This document shows, one piece after another, positions 1 through 11,947 of a stretch of DNA of 64,000 nt; positions within the stretch are counted from its first letter, which is position 1; every line of letters begins with the position of its first letter. The stretch is from Macrostomum lignano (Eukaryota). The stretch covers positions 1 through 64,000 of the forward strand of contig NIVC01002224.1 in the NCBI GenBank assembly GCA_002269645.1. The letters are read 5' to 3'. Made by a program: the position numbers and the translations under genes. The notes beneath the pieces were generated by a model, which searched no databases, was not told where the DNA came from, and saw only the letters and a list, made by a program, of their open reading frames with translations.

Positions 1-299
1 TACCATTTTTCATCAGCAGTGTATTTTCGTTGTATTATACAATACAATAAGCTAAGTGTCTGTGACTCAATTACGTTAGAATCAATGTATATGTATTGTA
101 TTGCTTTTTGTAAGTACAAATAATTAAGCTGCAGGCGCATAAATATATTATTGTTTTTGTTGTTTTTGCTGTGATGCTGCAATTCATTTTTAATTTAATT
201 GACTTTTGAGACTAAAGAGGCTAAAGAATGACATAAAGTATGCGAATTGGCAGTTGTTACTGGTGGCTAGTACAGTTGGCTCTTGTTTTGAAACTCATG

Positions 300-1060
300 C
301 AGAGTAGATTTGGTCATAGATATTCATATGCAATCAAAAGTAGATTGGTCATAAATATTCAATCAAAAGTAGATTTGGTCATAGATATGTAATTGAAAGT
401 AGATTTGGTCATAGATATGCAATGGAAAGTAGATTTGGTCATAGATATGCAATGGAAAGTAGATTTGATCATAAATATTCAATCAAAAGTAGATTTGGTC
501 ATAGATATGCAATTAAAAGTAGATATGATCATAGATGTTCAATGGAAAGTAGATTTGGTCATAGGTATGCAATGGAAAGTAGATTCGGTCATAGATATGC
601 AATGGAAAGTAGATTCGGTCATAGATATGCAATGGAAAGTAGATTCGGTCATAGATATGCAATTGAAAGTAGATTCGGTCATAGATATGCAATGGAAAGT
701 AGATTCGGTCATAGATATGCAATGGAAAGTAGATTCGGTCATAGATATGCAATTGAAAGTAGATTTGATCATAAATATTCAATCAAAGTAGATTTGATCA
801 TAAATATTCAATCAAAAGTAGACTTGATCATAAAATATTCAATCTAAAGTAGATTTGATCATAAATATTCAATCAAAGTAGACTTGATCATAAATATTCA
901 ATCAAAGTAGATTGGTCATAGATATGCAATGGAAAGTAGATTTGGTCATGGATATGCAATGGAAAGTAGATTTGATCATAAATATTCAATCAAAGTAGAT
1001 TGGTCATAGATATGTAATTTAAAGTAGATTTGGTAATATATATGCAATCGAAAGTAGTTT
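300..1060 (+). repeat. 30-bp minisatellite (GTAGATTTGGTCATAGATATGCAATGGAAA)n
   Basis: Tandem copies seen directly; they explain the 10-aa periodic ORFs 393..791 and 422..847. Confidence 0.95.
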
Positions 1061-1599
1061 TGAGTGGATTCGGTCATTCAACGTTCATTTGGTCATAGAC
1101 AGTTTTTAATGCAACAGTGCTCATAGACCAGTCAACCGAAATCAATGTTCATAAGTCATTACTAGCAACTGTGTCAAAGTTTGAAATTCTGCCTTTTATT
1201 GACTGCATTCCAAGCGCTTGTAAGTTGGGCTCAAAACACATTCTTTTACTATTTTTAGCATTTATTTTTTGAAACTTTTGAACCTTTGATGGTTTTTTGC
1301 TACCATTTTCATGCTAGCTTACTAGCAGTAGTAAAATTTGCGCAATAAATTTGTTGTTTTGTAATCTAGATTTTGTTAGGTTTTTTGTCTTGCCTGTTTT
1401 CTTCATGTCAGTGTTAGTTTTGTCAGAATATATGCTACTTTTCTGATCATGTAAAATTTATGATTATGTTGTTGGACTTTTTCAATTTCGCTATTTTTGT
1501 ATCAAAATCTTACCATAGAATAGAATAATCTAGGTCATGGAAAATTCATTGGTCATTGAACAAATTTCGGTCATTGAAAAAAACTAATCAGATATAGAC

Positions 1600-2912
1600 G
1601 GAACAGTCATCGGTCATAGACAAAACAGTCATCGGTCATAGACAAAACAGTCATAGGTCATAGACGGAACAGTAATCAGTCATAGACAAAACAGTCATCG
1701 GTCATAGACAAAACAGTCATCGGTCATAGACAGAACAGTCATCGGTCATAGACAGAACAGTCATTGGTCATAGACAAAGCAGTCATCGGTCATAGATAAA
1801 GCAGTATCGGTCATAGACAAAGCAGCCATCGGTCATAGACAAAGCAGTCATCGGTCATAGACAGAACAGTCAGTCATTGGTCATAGACAGAACAGTCAGT
1901 CATTGGTCATAGACAAAGCAGTCATTGGTCATAGACAAAGCAGTCAATGGTCATATACAAAGCAGCCATCGGTCATAGACAAAGCAGCCATCGGTCATAG
2001 ACAAAGCAGTCATCGGTCATAGACAGAACAGTCAGTCATTGGTCATAGACAAAGCAGTCATTGGTCATAGACAGAACAGTCAGTCATTGGTCATAGACAA
2101 AGCAGTCATTGGTCATAGACAAAGCAGTCATTGGTCATAGACAAAGCAGTCAATGGTCATATACAAAGCAGCCATCGGTCATAGACAAAGCAGCCATCGG
2201 TCATAGACAAAGCAGTCATCGGTCATAGACAGAACAGTCAGTCATTGGTCATAGACAAAGCAGTCATTGGTCATAGACAGAACAGTCAGTCATTGGTCAT
2301 AGACAAAGCAGTCATTGGTCATAGACAAAGCAGTCATTGGTCATAGACAGAACAGTCAGTCATTTGTCATAGACAAAGCAGTCATTGGTCATAGACAGAA
2401 CAGTCAGTCATTGGTCATAGACAAAGCAGCCATCGGTCATAGACAGAACAGTCAGTCATTGGTCATAGACAGAACAGTCAGTCATTGGTCATAGACAAAG
2501 CAGTCATTGGTCATAGACAGAACAGTCAGTCATTGGTCATAGACAAAGCAGCCATCGGTCATAGACAGAACAGTCAGTCATTGGTCATAGGCAAAGCAGC
2601 CATCGGTCATAGACAGAACAGTCAGTCATTGGTCATAGACAAAGCAGTCATCGGTCATAGACAGAACAGTCAGTCATTGGTCATAGACAAAGCAGTCATT
2701 GGTCATAGACAAAGCAGTCATCGGTCATAGACAAAGCAGTCACTGGTCATAGACAAAGCAGCCATCGGTCATAGACAGAACAGTCAGTCATTGGTCATAG
2801 ACAAAGAATTCATTGGTCATAGACAAAGCAGTCATCGGTCATAGACAGAACAGTCAGTCATCGGTCATAGACAAAGCAGTCATTGGTCATAGACAAAGCA
2901 GCCATCGGTCAT
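1600..2912 (+). repeat. 22/26-bp minisatellite (GTCATTGGTCATAGACAAAGCA / GTCAGTCATTGGTCATAGACAGAACA) in the intron upstream of the Maf exon
   Basis: Tandem copies seen directly; the array ends about 20 bp before the acceptor CCACAG (AG at 2931-2932). Confidence 0.95.
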
Positions 2913-2932
2913 ACGCACCGCTGCATCCACAG

Positions 2933-3439
2933 GCGAGCGCCCTGCCAACCTTTGAATCCTCCGAATCCTCGGTCGCCCCGACCGATTCGGACGACTGCAG
3001 CTTGGCCGGCATCCCACTCTGGCTGTCCGACGCTCAACTGGCTGGGATCCCTGTCCGGGATCTGAACCGGCTCATGGAACAGCAGCGCCTCACGGAGGAC
3101 CAAATCGCCCGAGTGAAGCGCTACCGCCGCATGCTGAAGAATCGCGAATACGCCCTGTCGTCCAATCGTAGAAAAGACGAACTGTGCGCCGATCTGGAAC
3201 GGCAGCGCGACGAACTGCGTCAGCTGGCCGCGTCGCAGGCGGCGTCGCTTCGTGCCCACCGTGGCCGAATTGAAGATTGGCAGGTGAAAATTGCCGGCCT
3301 TGAAGCCCTGCTAGACGGTCGGGCTGAGCTGCAGCAGTTGCCCGACGGCTTCTCCATGATGCGTCCGAAGGATGAGGCTGCGGATGCTGCTGGGGACTGC
3401 AGCACAGTGCCCAAGTCTACTGGCTACCAGTATCACTGA
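2933..3439 (+). CDS. MAF: Terminal coding exon of a Maf-family bZIP transcription factor (5' exon(s) not found, probably outside the window)
   Basis: GIPVRDLNRLMEQQRLTEDQIARVKRYRRMLKNREYALSS resembles the Maf extended homology plus basic region (SVRELNR...[23 protein letters not shown]) and is followed by a Leu heptad. Acceptor CCACAG|GCG is in frame; stop TGA ends at 3439; AATAAA at 4582-4591. Confidence 0.8.
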   Translation, partial: ASALPTFESSESSVAPTDSDDCSLAGIPLWLSDAQLAGIPVRDLNRLMEQQRLTEDQIARVKRYRRMLKNREYALSSNRRKDELCADLERQRDELRQLAASQAASLRAHRGRIEDWQVKIAGLEALLDGRAELQQLPDGFSMMRPKDEAADAAGDCSTVPKSTGYQYH

Positions 3440-3544
3440 GTCAATGGGGGCTCTGTTTACTGTTAGCATTTCAGCATTGTAAATTGAATGGCGTGTTTTC
3501 CTAGTAATCGTACCTGGTATATTAACTAAACAAACTCTGTCTAA

Positions 3545-4400
3545 TCCCATCTCCCCTTCAATTGGATCCCATCTCCCCTTCAATCAGGTCCCATCTCCCA
3601 TTCAATCAGGTCCCATCTCCCCTTCAATCAGGTCCCATCTCCCCTTCAATCAGGTCCCATCTCCCATTCAATCAGGTCCCATCTCCCCTACAATCTGATC
3701 CCATCTCCCCTTCAATCAGATCCCATCTCCCCTACAATCAGATCCCATCTCCCCTTCAATCAGATCCCCTCTCCCCTACAATCTGATCCCATCCCCTCTT
3801 CAATCAGGTCCCATCTCCCCTAAAATCTGATCCCATCCCCTCTTCAATCAGATCCCATCTCCCCTTCAATTAGATCCCATCTCCCCTTCAATCAGATCCC
3901 ATCTCCCCTACAATCAGGTCCCATCTCCCCTACAATCTGATCCCATCTCCCATTCAATCTGATCCCATCTCCCCTACAATCTGACCCCATCTCCCCTTCA
4001 ATCAGATCCCGTCTCCCTACAATCAGATCCCATCTCCCTTCAATCAGATCCCATCTCCCCTACAATCTGATCCCATCCCCTCTTCAATCAGGTCCCATCT
4101 CCCCTAAAATCTGATCCCATCCCCTCTTCAATCAGATCCCATCTCCCCTTCAATTAGATCCCATCTCCCCTTCAATCAGATCCCATCTCCCCTTCAATCA
4201 GATCCCATCTCCCCTACAATCTGATCCCATCTCCCCTACAATCTGATCCCATCTCCCCTACAATCAGGTCCCATCTCCCCTACAATCTGATCTTATCTCC
4301 CCTTCAATCAGATCCCGTCTCCCTTCAATCAGATCCCGTCTCCCCTTCAATCAGGTTCCATCTCCCTACAATCAGATCCCATCTCCCTTCAATTAGGTCC
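3545..4400 (+). repeat. 22-bp minisatellite (TCCCATCTCCCCTTCAATCAGG)n in the Maf 3' region
   Basis: Period of 22 bp seen directly (copies at 3546, 3568, 3590...). Confidence 0.95.
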
Positions 4401-4751
4401 CAAGTCTAATTGCATTGGTTGCCCTCACAATGACATTGCGTAGTACATGATGAAGTCTGCAAGTTATATGCATGATATGTATGTTCAGATTTTAACAATG
4501 GTTATGTCTATGTTTCATATCTTCAATTCCATGTACATATAAAAGATCTGTCCGTTGCTTTAATTTGTTTATACTGTGCTCAATAAATAAACGTCAATGA
4601 CTTTTCTGATATCGTAAAGGTTTTTTAGTTATTTTCTAAAATGGCGTTGGAATTTGTTTCCTAGAAAAAGTTGTTACCAATTGGCTTTAAACTTCACCAT
4701 TTAGATTGTGAATTATTTACATTTTTCCCGCAGCTGAGCTGACATATTAAC

Positions 4752-7700
4752 ATGACCGCTCTATTAAAATCTGTTACGGTGAGTTACATTTCTCGAATAA
4801 TCACATCATGTTCTAGTATCTAATCCACCCTAATAATCATCCCTAATCCACCCTAATAAGCATCCCTAATCCACCCTAATAAGCATCCCTAATCCACTCT
4901 AATAAGTATCCTTAATCCACTCTAATAAGCATCCCTAATCCACCTAATAAGCATCCCTAATCCACTCTAATAAGCATCCCTAATCCACCTAATAAGCATC
5001 CCTAATCCACCCTAATAAGCATCCCTAATCCACCCTAATAAGCATCCCTAATCCACCCTAATAAGTATCCTTAATCCACCTAATAAGTATCCTTAATCCA
5101 CTCTAATAAGCATCCCTAATCCATCCTAATAAGTATCCTTAATCCACCCTAATAAGAATCCCTAATCCACTCTAATAAGCATCCCTAATCCACCCTAATA
5201 AGCATCCCTAATCCACCCTAATAAGCATCCCTAATCCACCCTAATAAGCATCCCTAATCCACCCTAATAAGCATCCCTAATCCACCCTAATAAGTATCCT
5301 TAATCCACCTAATAAGCATCCCTAATCCACTCTAATAAGTATCCTTAATCCACTCTAATAAGCATCCCTAATCCACCTAATAAGCATCCCTAATCCACCC
5401 TAGTAAGCATCCCTAATCCACCCTAATAAGCATCCCTAATCCACCCTAATAAGCATCCCTAATCCACCCTAACAATCATCCCTAATCCACCCTAATAAGC
5501 ATCCCTAATCCACCCTAATAAGCATCCCTAATCCACCCTAATAAGCATCCCTAATGCACCCTAATAATCATCCCTAATCCACCCTAATAAGCATCCCTAA
5601 TCCACCCTAATAAGCATCCCTAATCCACCCTAATAAGCATCCCTAATCCACCCTAATAATCATCCCTAATCCACCCTAATAATCATCCCTAATCCACCCT
5701 AATAAGCATCCCTAATCCACCCTAGTAGGCATCCCTAATCCACCCTAATAAGCATCCCTAATCCACTCTAATAAGCATCCCTAATCCACCCTAATAAGCA
5801 TCACTAATCCACCCTAATAAGTATCCCTAATCCATCCTAAAAACCATCCCTAATCCACCCTAATAAGTATCCTTAATCCACCTAATAAGCATCCCTAATC
5901 CACCCTAATAAGCATCCCTAATCCACTCTAATAAGCATCCCTAATCCACCCTAATAAGCATCCCTAATCCACCCTAATAAGCATCACTAATCCACCCTAA
6001 TAATTATCCCTAATCCATCCTAATAAGCATCACTAATCCACCCTAGTAAGCATCCCTAATCCACTCTAATAACCATCCCTAATCCACCCCCGCAGGGCCT
6101 CCGCGTGATGGTGACGGGCGGTGCCTCTGGCCTGGGCGCGACAACCGCAACCCAGCTGCTCAACCGAGGTGCTCGCGTCCTCATCGTTGACGTGGCCGAG
6201 TCCAACCCGACGACAAATGCCGGCTTCTGTCGGGCCGACATTACGGACGAGTCCGGCGTCGCCAGCGCGATGTCGGTCGCCGAGAAACAGCTTGGCGGAC
6301 TGGACGCCGTGGTCAACTGCGCTGGCGAAGGCCTGGCCGCTCGGATGTACAACTGGAACAACGACACCGTCTTCAACCAGGATGACTTTCGTCGACTCCT
6401 GCAAGTCAACGCGCTGGGAACCTTCAACGTTTGCCGACTGGCTGCTCAGCTGATGGCAAAGAATCAGCCTGCTGCTTCTGCTGCTAGGAAAGACAAGAAG
6501 GCTGCGAAAAAAGCTGCTGCTGCCACTGATGCTGCTCAGCGAGGCGTGATTGTTAACACGTCATCTCTGTCTGCGTTTGATGGACAGGTGAATGTTTATG
6601 TTGGGATAGGCTTGCTGTTTGAGTAGGTAATCTGGTGTCTAAGTAGGTAGGCTCTGGTCTCTGAGTAGGTAGGCTCTGGTCTCTGAGTAGGTAGGCTCTG
6701 GTCTCTGAGTAGGTAGGCTTTGTGTCTGAGTAGGTAGGCTTTGTGTCTGAGTAGGTAGGCTTTGTGTCTGAGTAGGTAGGCTCTGGTCTTTGAGTAGGTA
6801 GGCTTTGTGTCTGAGTAGGTAAGCTCTGGTCTCTGAGTAGGTAGGCTTTGTGTCTGAGTAGGTAGGCTCTGGTCTCTGAGTAGGTAGGCTTTGTGTCTGA
6901 GTAGGTAGGCTCTGGTCTCTGAGTAGGCAGGCTTTGTGTCTGAGTAGGTAGGCTTTGTGTCTGAGTAGGTAGGCTTTGTGTCTGAGTAGGTAGTCTTTTG
7001 TGCCTGAGTAGTCAGACTTGGTGTCTAGGTAGGCAGTCTTTGTGTCTGAGTAGGTAGGCTTAGTGTTGAGTAGGTAGTCCTGGTGTCTGAGTAGGCAGGC
7101 TTTGTGTCTGAGTAAGTAGGCTCTGTGTCTGAGTAGGTAGGCTTTATGTCTGAGTAAGTAGTTTAGTTGTCTAAAGATGTAATAGCTGTGTTTTATGAGT
7201 TTTAGGGAGCGCCAATGTGGGCGGTTTAAAGTTGTAAACGGAGGAGACTTATTTCGTTAGAAAAAAACTTCATTTTTTTTTCACTCTCGCGGCAGGCAAC
7301 CCAGACGATGTACTCGGCCAGCAAGGCGGCGGTGGCCGCAATGACCCTGCCTCTGTCCAGAGATCTGGCACCGCTGGGTATTCGTGTCTGCTGCATCGCT
7401 CCGGGTGAGATCTCAACTGAATAGTCAACTTTAGAGCTTCCTGATAATCACATAGAGACACCCGGATTATCATCATTAGATCACCTTAAACGCGATCATT
7501 AAAATATCATGATAGCAATCCGATACCGCATGATAATTAACCTAATCACCCAAAAAAATCTTTCTCAAACTAACTCAAATATTAATCATCAAATTGCCTT
7601 GATGATCATCATCAACTCGCTCTGAGAATCATAATAAAATCACCCTGATAATCATCATCAAATCTCCCTGATAATCATCATCAAATCACCCTGATAACCA

Positions 7701-8342
7701 TCACCAAAGCACTCTGATAATCATCATCAAATCGCCCTGATAATCATCACCAAATCACTCTGATAATCATCATCATATCGCCCTGATAATCATCACCAAA
7801 TCACTCTGATAATCATCATCAAATCGCCCTGATAATCATCACCAAATCACTCTGATAATCATCATCAAATCGCCCTGATAATCATCATCAAATCACCCTA
7901 AAAATCATTAGACGGTCATTAGATTACTGTGATAATCATAAAAAATCTTCTTGATAATCATGAAGTCACCCTGATAGTCACTGGGCTGTGATTAAATTAT
8001 TGCAATAATCATCGAATCCCATTCTCCCCCAAACCTCAAACCGCAGGCTACTTCGACTCCCCGATGTGCGTACGCGACTCCTACCCGCCCCGGGTATTGA
8101 AGTTCCTCGCCGACCACAACCGCGCCATCTACCGGCTGGGTCGGCCGACAGAGTTCGCGGACGCGGTAGAGATGATCCTGCTCAACCCCATGCTCAACGG
8201 AGTCTGCCTCCGGTTGGACTCAGCGTCTAGGGGATTTTTCTATCACCGACGCCAGAAAGCCGTGCCGCTGGTTGCTAGGGACGCTCCGGCAACTGTTGAG
8301 GACTCAGGGGCTGGTGATACTACTGCTGAAGTAGCTCAGTAG
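4752..8342 (+). CDS. HSD17B10: HSD17B10/ABAD-like short-chain dehydrogenase/reductase, 4 exons, ~307 aa
   Basis: Exons 4752-4778 (MTALLKSVT), 6096-6587 ([14 protein letters not shown]...NCAG...RGVIVNTSS...FDGQ), 7296-7404 (YSASK catalytic motif, [18 protein letters not shown]) and 8047-8342 (RLGRPTEFA...[12 protein letters not shown]). All joins are GT-AG and total 924 nt in frame. Confidence 0.88.
4820..6086 (+). repeat. 23-bp minisatellite (CTAATCCACCCTAATAAGCATCC)n filling HSD17B10-like intron 1
   Basis: Tandem copies; the last degenerate unit merges into the acceptor CCCCGCAG ending at 6095. Confidence 0.95.
6630..7160 (+). repeat. 21-22-bp minisatellite (TGAGTAGGTAGGCTCTGGTCTC / TGAGTAGGTAGGCTTTGTGTC)n in intron 2
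   Basis: Tandem copies seen directly. Confidence 0.93.
7640..7900 (+). repeat. 23-bp minisatellite (CTGATAATCATCATCAAATCGCC)n in intron 3
   Basis: Tandem copies seen directly, with degenerate flanking units. Confidence 0.9.
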
Positions 8343-8891
8343 TCACATCAGTTTATTTTTCCGCCAATTTGCATTGCATCATCGGGATCGTATGCATTTC
8401 ATATGAAAGAAACGAACTAAGCTTTTATAACTGTGTGGCTTAGATTTTATTTTGGCAAAATTGTCAAACAATAAAATTCAACACATTTTGTATGCATAAA
8501 GTAAACTAAAGTTGCTTCGAAAGCGCTGCACGCGTGTTTATTTATTTCTTAATTTGCATAGAAAGCTAGTGGACCCATTGAATGTCAGCAAATTACACGG
8601 AAAAATACTTTATATCCTAGTTGGTTGAGTAGTTGGCAGAGTTTGAATAGTGTCATAACAAAAACTGAAGTTCTCTTTTTTACGCGCACATCTAAAAATA
8701 GAACTGGGCATACCGAACTTGATTGTACATTTATTTGTACGAGGGCGTACCCGGCTGGTTTACAGTGCCAGTGTCAGTCTTCTGCCTTAACAGTACGGTG
8801 TTTCTTTTATTTTACTTCTCTTTCTTTTATGTTATGTTGCACATAAAATGCGTGTTATTTTTTATTTAACAAGATGAGGGAAAACGATGTT

Positions 8892-9911
8892 TCAACTTGA
8901 CTCATAAGGGACTCGTCCAGGTTGCGACTCGAGCTGGGCCACCCGACGGTTCAGCCTTTCAATCTCCGCATCCCTCTCTCCCAATGCGGCAGTGTTGTGA
9001 TCTTGCTCTGCAGCCAGTTGAATGTTCTCCTGCCTCAGCTGCTGGTTCTCTTCGTCCCTCTCGTGCACCATGCTGTACACCTGCAACACTTGAGTCATAG
9101 AGCCAATGAGCTGCTCAGTCAGGTGCATGGGTCCCATGAGGACCTTCTCCTCCAGGAATTGTAACTCCCTGTCGTAGGCCTGTAAGGTGGCTTCAACTTG
9201 ATGGAGAATCTCAGCTTGACGCTCCAGTTTAGGGACGCTCAGCTGTGTCTCTGAGACAGCTCTGGTCGTCCCGAATGCAACTGCGGCGCCGGCAGCTCCT
9301 GCAGCTACGGCCAGCGGAGCCCCTCCACCAAGGGTGGCAATGCCGAGAATGGCAGCTATCCCAGCTACAGCTGCCATCGCTGCTGCCTTGCCGTAGCCCC
9401 ATCGCCGCGTGCTTTCTGCTTCTTGGTACAGCTGGGTGAACTTTTGTTCAAATTCTTTGATAGCTTTTTCGAATAACTCTCGCAGGTTTTCAATTTCCTT
9501 TAAAAAGTTCGACAAGTGACTCCCGTAGCGCTTCGACGTGCTGGTTGTTTTCTCCAGCCCCTTCTTCATCTCTGAGACCTCGTCTGCCGTTATCCTGCGA
9601 CCTTCAATCATCTTGCGAAGGCAGTCTTCAATCTTCTTGTGCTGCTCTTGTAATGGGAGACCAAATTCGTTAATTTCATCGATTCTCTTTTTGCAATCGT
9701 TCAGTTTAGACATTGCTTCTTGGAACATTGTCGCGTCGAAATCTTGCAGTCTTTCGCACTTTTCGTGCAAAGCTTGCAGCCTTTCCTTTGTTGCCTTGAT
9801 CTCCCTTATGGCTTCAGTCATCTTGTGCGCTGCTTTTAACACATCGGCCCAGGCTTGGAAGCTTTTAGCCATCTCCGAAGTCTGCTCCTGGCTGGACAAG
9901 TTGTCAGACAT
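8892..9911 (-). CDS. Orphan ~339-aa alpha-helical/coiled-coil protein with a central ~39-aa Gly/Ala hydrophobic hairpin (ApoL- or ClyA/Hbl-like architecture)
   Basis: Uninterrupted non-repetitive ORF with first ATG at 9911 (MSDNLSS). Charged amphipathic helices flank AAAMAAVAGIAAILGIATLGGGAPLAVAAGAAGAAVAFG. The family assignment is inference only. Confidence 0.75.
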   Translation of the reverse strand: MSDNLSSQEQTSEMAKSFQAWADVLKAAHKMTEAIREIKATKERLQALHEKCERLQDFDATMFQEAMSKLNDCKKRIDEINEFGLPLQEQHKKIEDCLRKMIEGRRITADEVSEMKKGLEKTTSTSKRYGSHLSNFLKEIENLRELFEKAIKEFEQKFTQLYQEAESTRRWGYGKAAAMAAVAGIAAILGIATLGGGAPLAVAAGAAGAAVAFGTTRAVSETQLSVPKLERQAEILHQVEATLQAYDRELQFLEEKVLMGPMHLTEQLIGSMTQVLQVYSMVHERDEENQQLRQENIQLAAEQDHNTAALGERDAEIERLNRRVAQLESQPGRVPYESS

Positions 9912-10793
9912 TATTCGGGTTGTAGCAGTGTATTCTAGCGTATAACAGGACAATTTTCCGTTTTGTGGTCTGGAGTGCCTCTCGTGTCCGATTGTACTGT
10001 TATATATCTACTGAGAAAATAGAACCAGTTAAAATTATCGTCTCGGACAAATTCTATTGGCTGCTCCGAGATCATAAAGCATATTCTTTTATGTACAGAA
10101 CAACTGTATGTATCCAGCAGCACGGCAGTATCTGTCGTGTCGTCCTAATTTCGCGTCTTCTTCATGGACAGTCGTCGGTGACGCGTTTCATCTTCAGCAG
10201 TCTTTGCTAATGCGCCATGTTTGTCGCGGCTAGCATGCGTCCGCAGCCATCGATATTGATCTGTATTCCTCTCGCCTCCCGGGGCCGTATCGTCTTCGCC
10301 GTGTCGACGAATCACCTGAGCTTTTCCTTGCTACGTTGAGCAACTTTCGCTGACGAAGGATCATTGGATGCCGAAAAAATTCTTCGATCTGAAACCAAGC
10401 TCATCGATGTCTGTCCCATAATAACCAAGGTTCTTATTGGCCAATGGTTATCTTTGCTATTTAATTTTGCAGTTGTCCGATATTTTTACTTTAGTCTCCA
10501 CGAGTAGATTATGAAAACAATGACTGCCTCGGGGACAGGGATGCTTTCTACTGAACCGTTCCGTCTTCATGGTCAGTGTTGCGTCAGACTTTTTATTCTT
10601 ATTTGAGAAAACTCGATCTATATGCAACATGCAAGGTTAGCCTGGTTAGCTATACTGACTACTGACTAAGTAGCTAGCTGAAGTCTCTTATACACGATAT
10701 TGCATTTACCGAATCACTGACAGCAGTTCCTGATTGGGAGTTTCAAACCAGGTGGCAATTCTGCAATTCCGCCTCAGTGCAGCCTTGCCAAGC

Positions 10794-11010
10794 CTCCAAA
10801 TTTCATCAGCACGTCGACCGCATGCGTCTGCATCAGCTCTGACTTTGTTGGTCACTGGCCTTCAAGAGCTTCTAGACATTCAACAGGTGGCACCAGGTGA
10901 CTATGAACACCCTGTTGCGACTTTCTCTGAGTTCGCTGGATCTAGCCTCGACAGGGAGAATACCTAAAGTGCTGTGTATCCTCAAACATCCCGTCATTAC
11001 CCCGACGCCT
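10794..11010 (+). repeat. Dispersed repeat copy 1 (homologous to 16977-17220)
   Basis: Shared CTCCAAATTTCATCAGCA...CTGCATCAGCTCTGACTT...CTGGCCTTCA...TGGCACCAGGTGACT. Confidence 0.8.
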
Positions 11011-11947
11011 ACCTTTACCGGGTACGGGTGACACCTGGCGATCGACGGGCCGAGGTATTCCATCATACCTTTTACATGTCTGACGCTCTTAAAAATTATT
11101 TTCAAACACAAGGATGGCTACTATAATTGCGAGTTCGCTTAAAGGTATTGCTACTCATCGGCTATTAATATTTTAATTGGCAAGTTGTTTACCTCGTAAA
11201 CTGTTAATTGAATCGCACTTTTAAAAAGGGTCTCGCTTTTAAAAAACTACTAAATATTTATGAATTGACTGTGATGCAAATTAAACTTAAGATCTTAAGA
11301 TCAAGTATCAATTACTTTTTCGTTTAAAAACGAAGGAAGTTTTACGCAAAAAGGCCGAAGGATGAGGGCTGCTACCAGGACACAAAAATTCCTGCATTCG
11401 AGTCTGCAGTTGCAAGTAGCTAGCTATATGATAGAAATATATACTTGAGTGTAGTGAGCATATTTCTAGTGCAAGAGCTAATCGCTTTGGGCAAGCAGAT
11501 CAGGAAAGCACGAGCACCCCCCGAGGAGAAGAGAAGGTTTGCATCATGTACAGCTCTTGCACTTACGAGTTGGCTGCAAGCAGTTGCTGATCTAGTTTGC
11601 CTAATACCCGTCTGAAATGCCGCCCAATTTCCTTAGCAGAATCCTAAGTTGAGGCCCCCATCCCGCCGCATGTCTGTCTGCTTAGGGCGGCTCCCAGAGG
11701 GCAAGCGAGAGATTGGCCGCAAATGCATGCAAATTCAATTGGGAAATTGCTGTGACATGTGAATGCATGATTACAAGCACAAGTGAGAATTATGTTGCTT
11801 ATTTAGTTCCGGGGGCAATGCTCCACGTTTATTCATCAAAAAACGGTTGTAGTGCTGAATTCTATAAACTTTTGCCTCAATTGTCCCGCTAGGCAGGATC
11901 TTAATTTAGGCCTAGTGAAAGTAAAGTTCTACCAAGGTGTATGAGTA

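Noticed and set aside
393-2900. Periodic ORFs (KVDLVIDMQW, VIDKAVIGHRQ)
   Set aside because: Stop-free translations of intronic minisatellites, open in several frames at once.
4820-6086. Telomere-like repeat (CCCTAA-containing)
   Set aside because: CCCTAA occurs only as part of a 23-bp unit, not as (TTAGGG)n, and the array lies within an intron.
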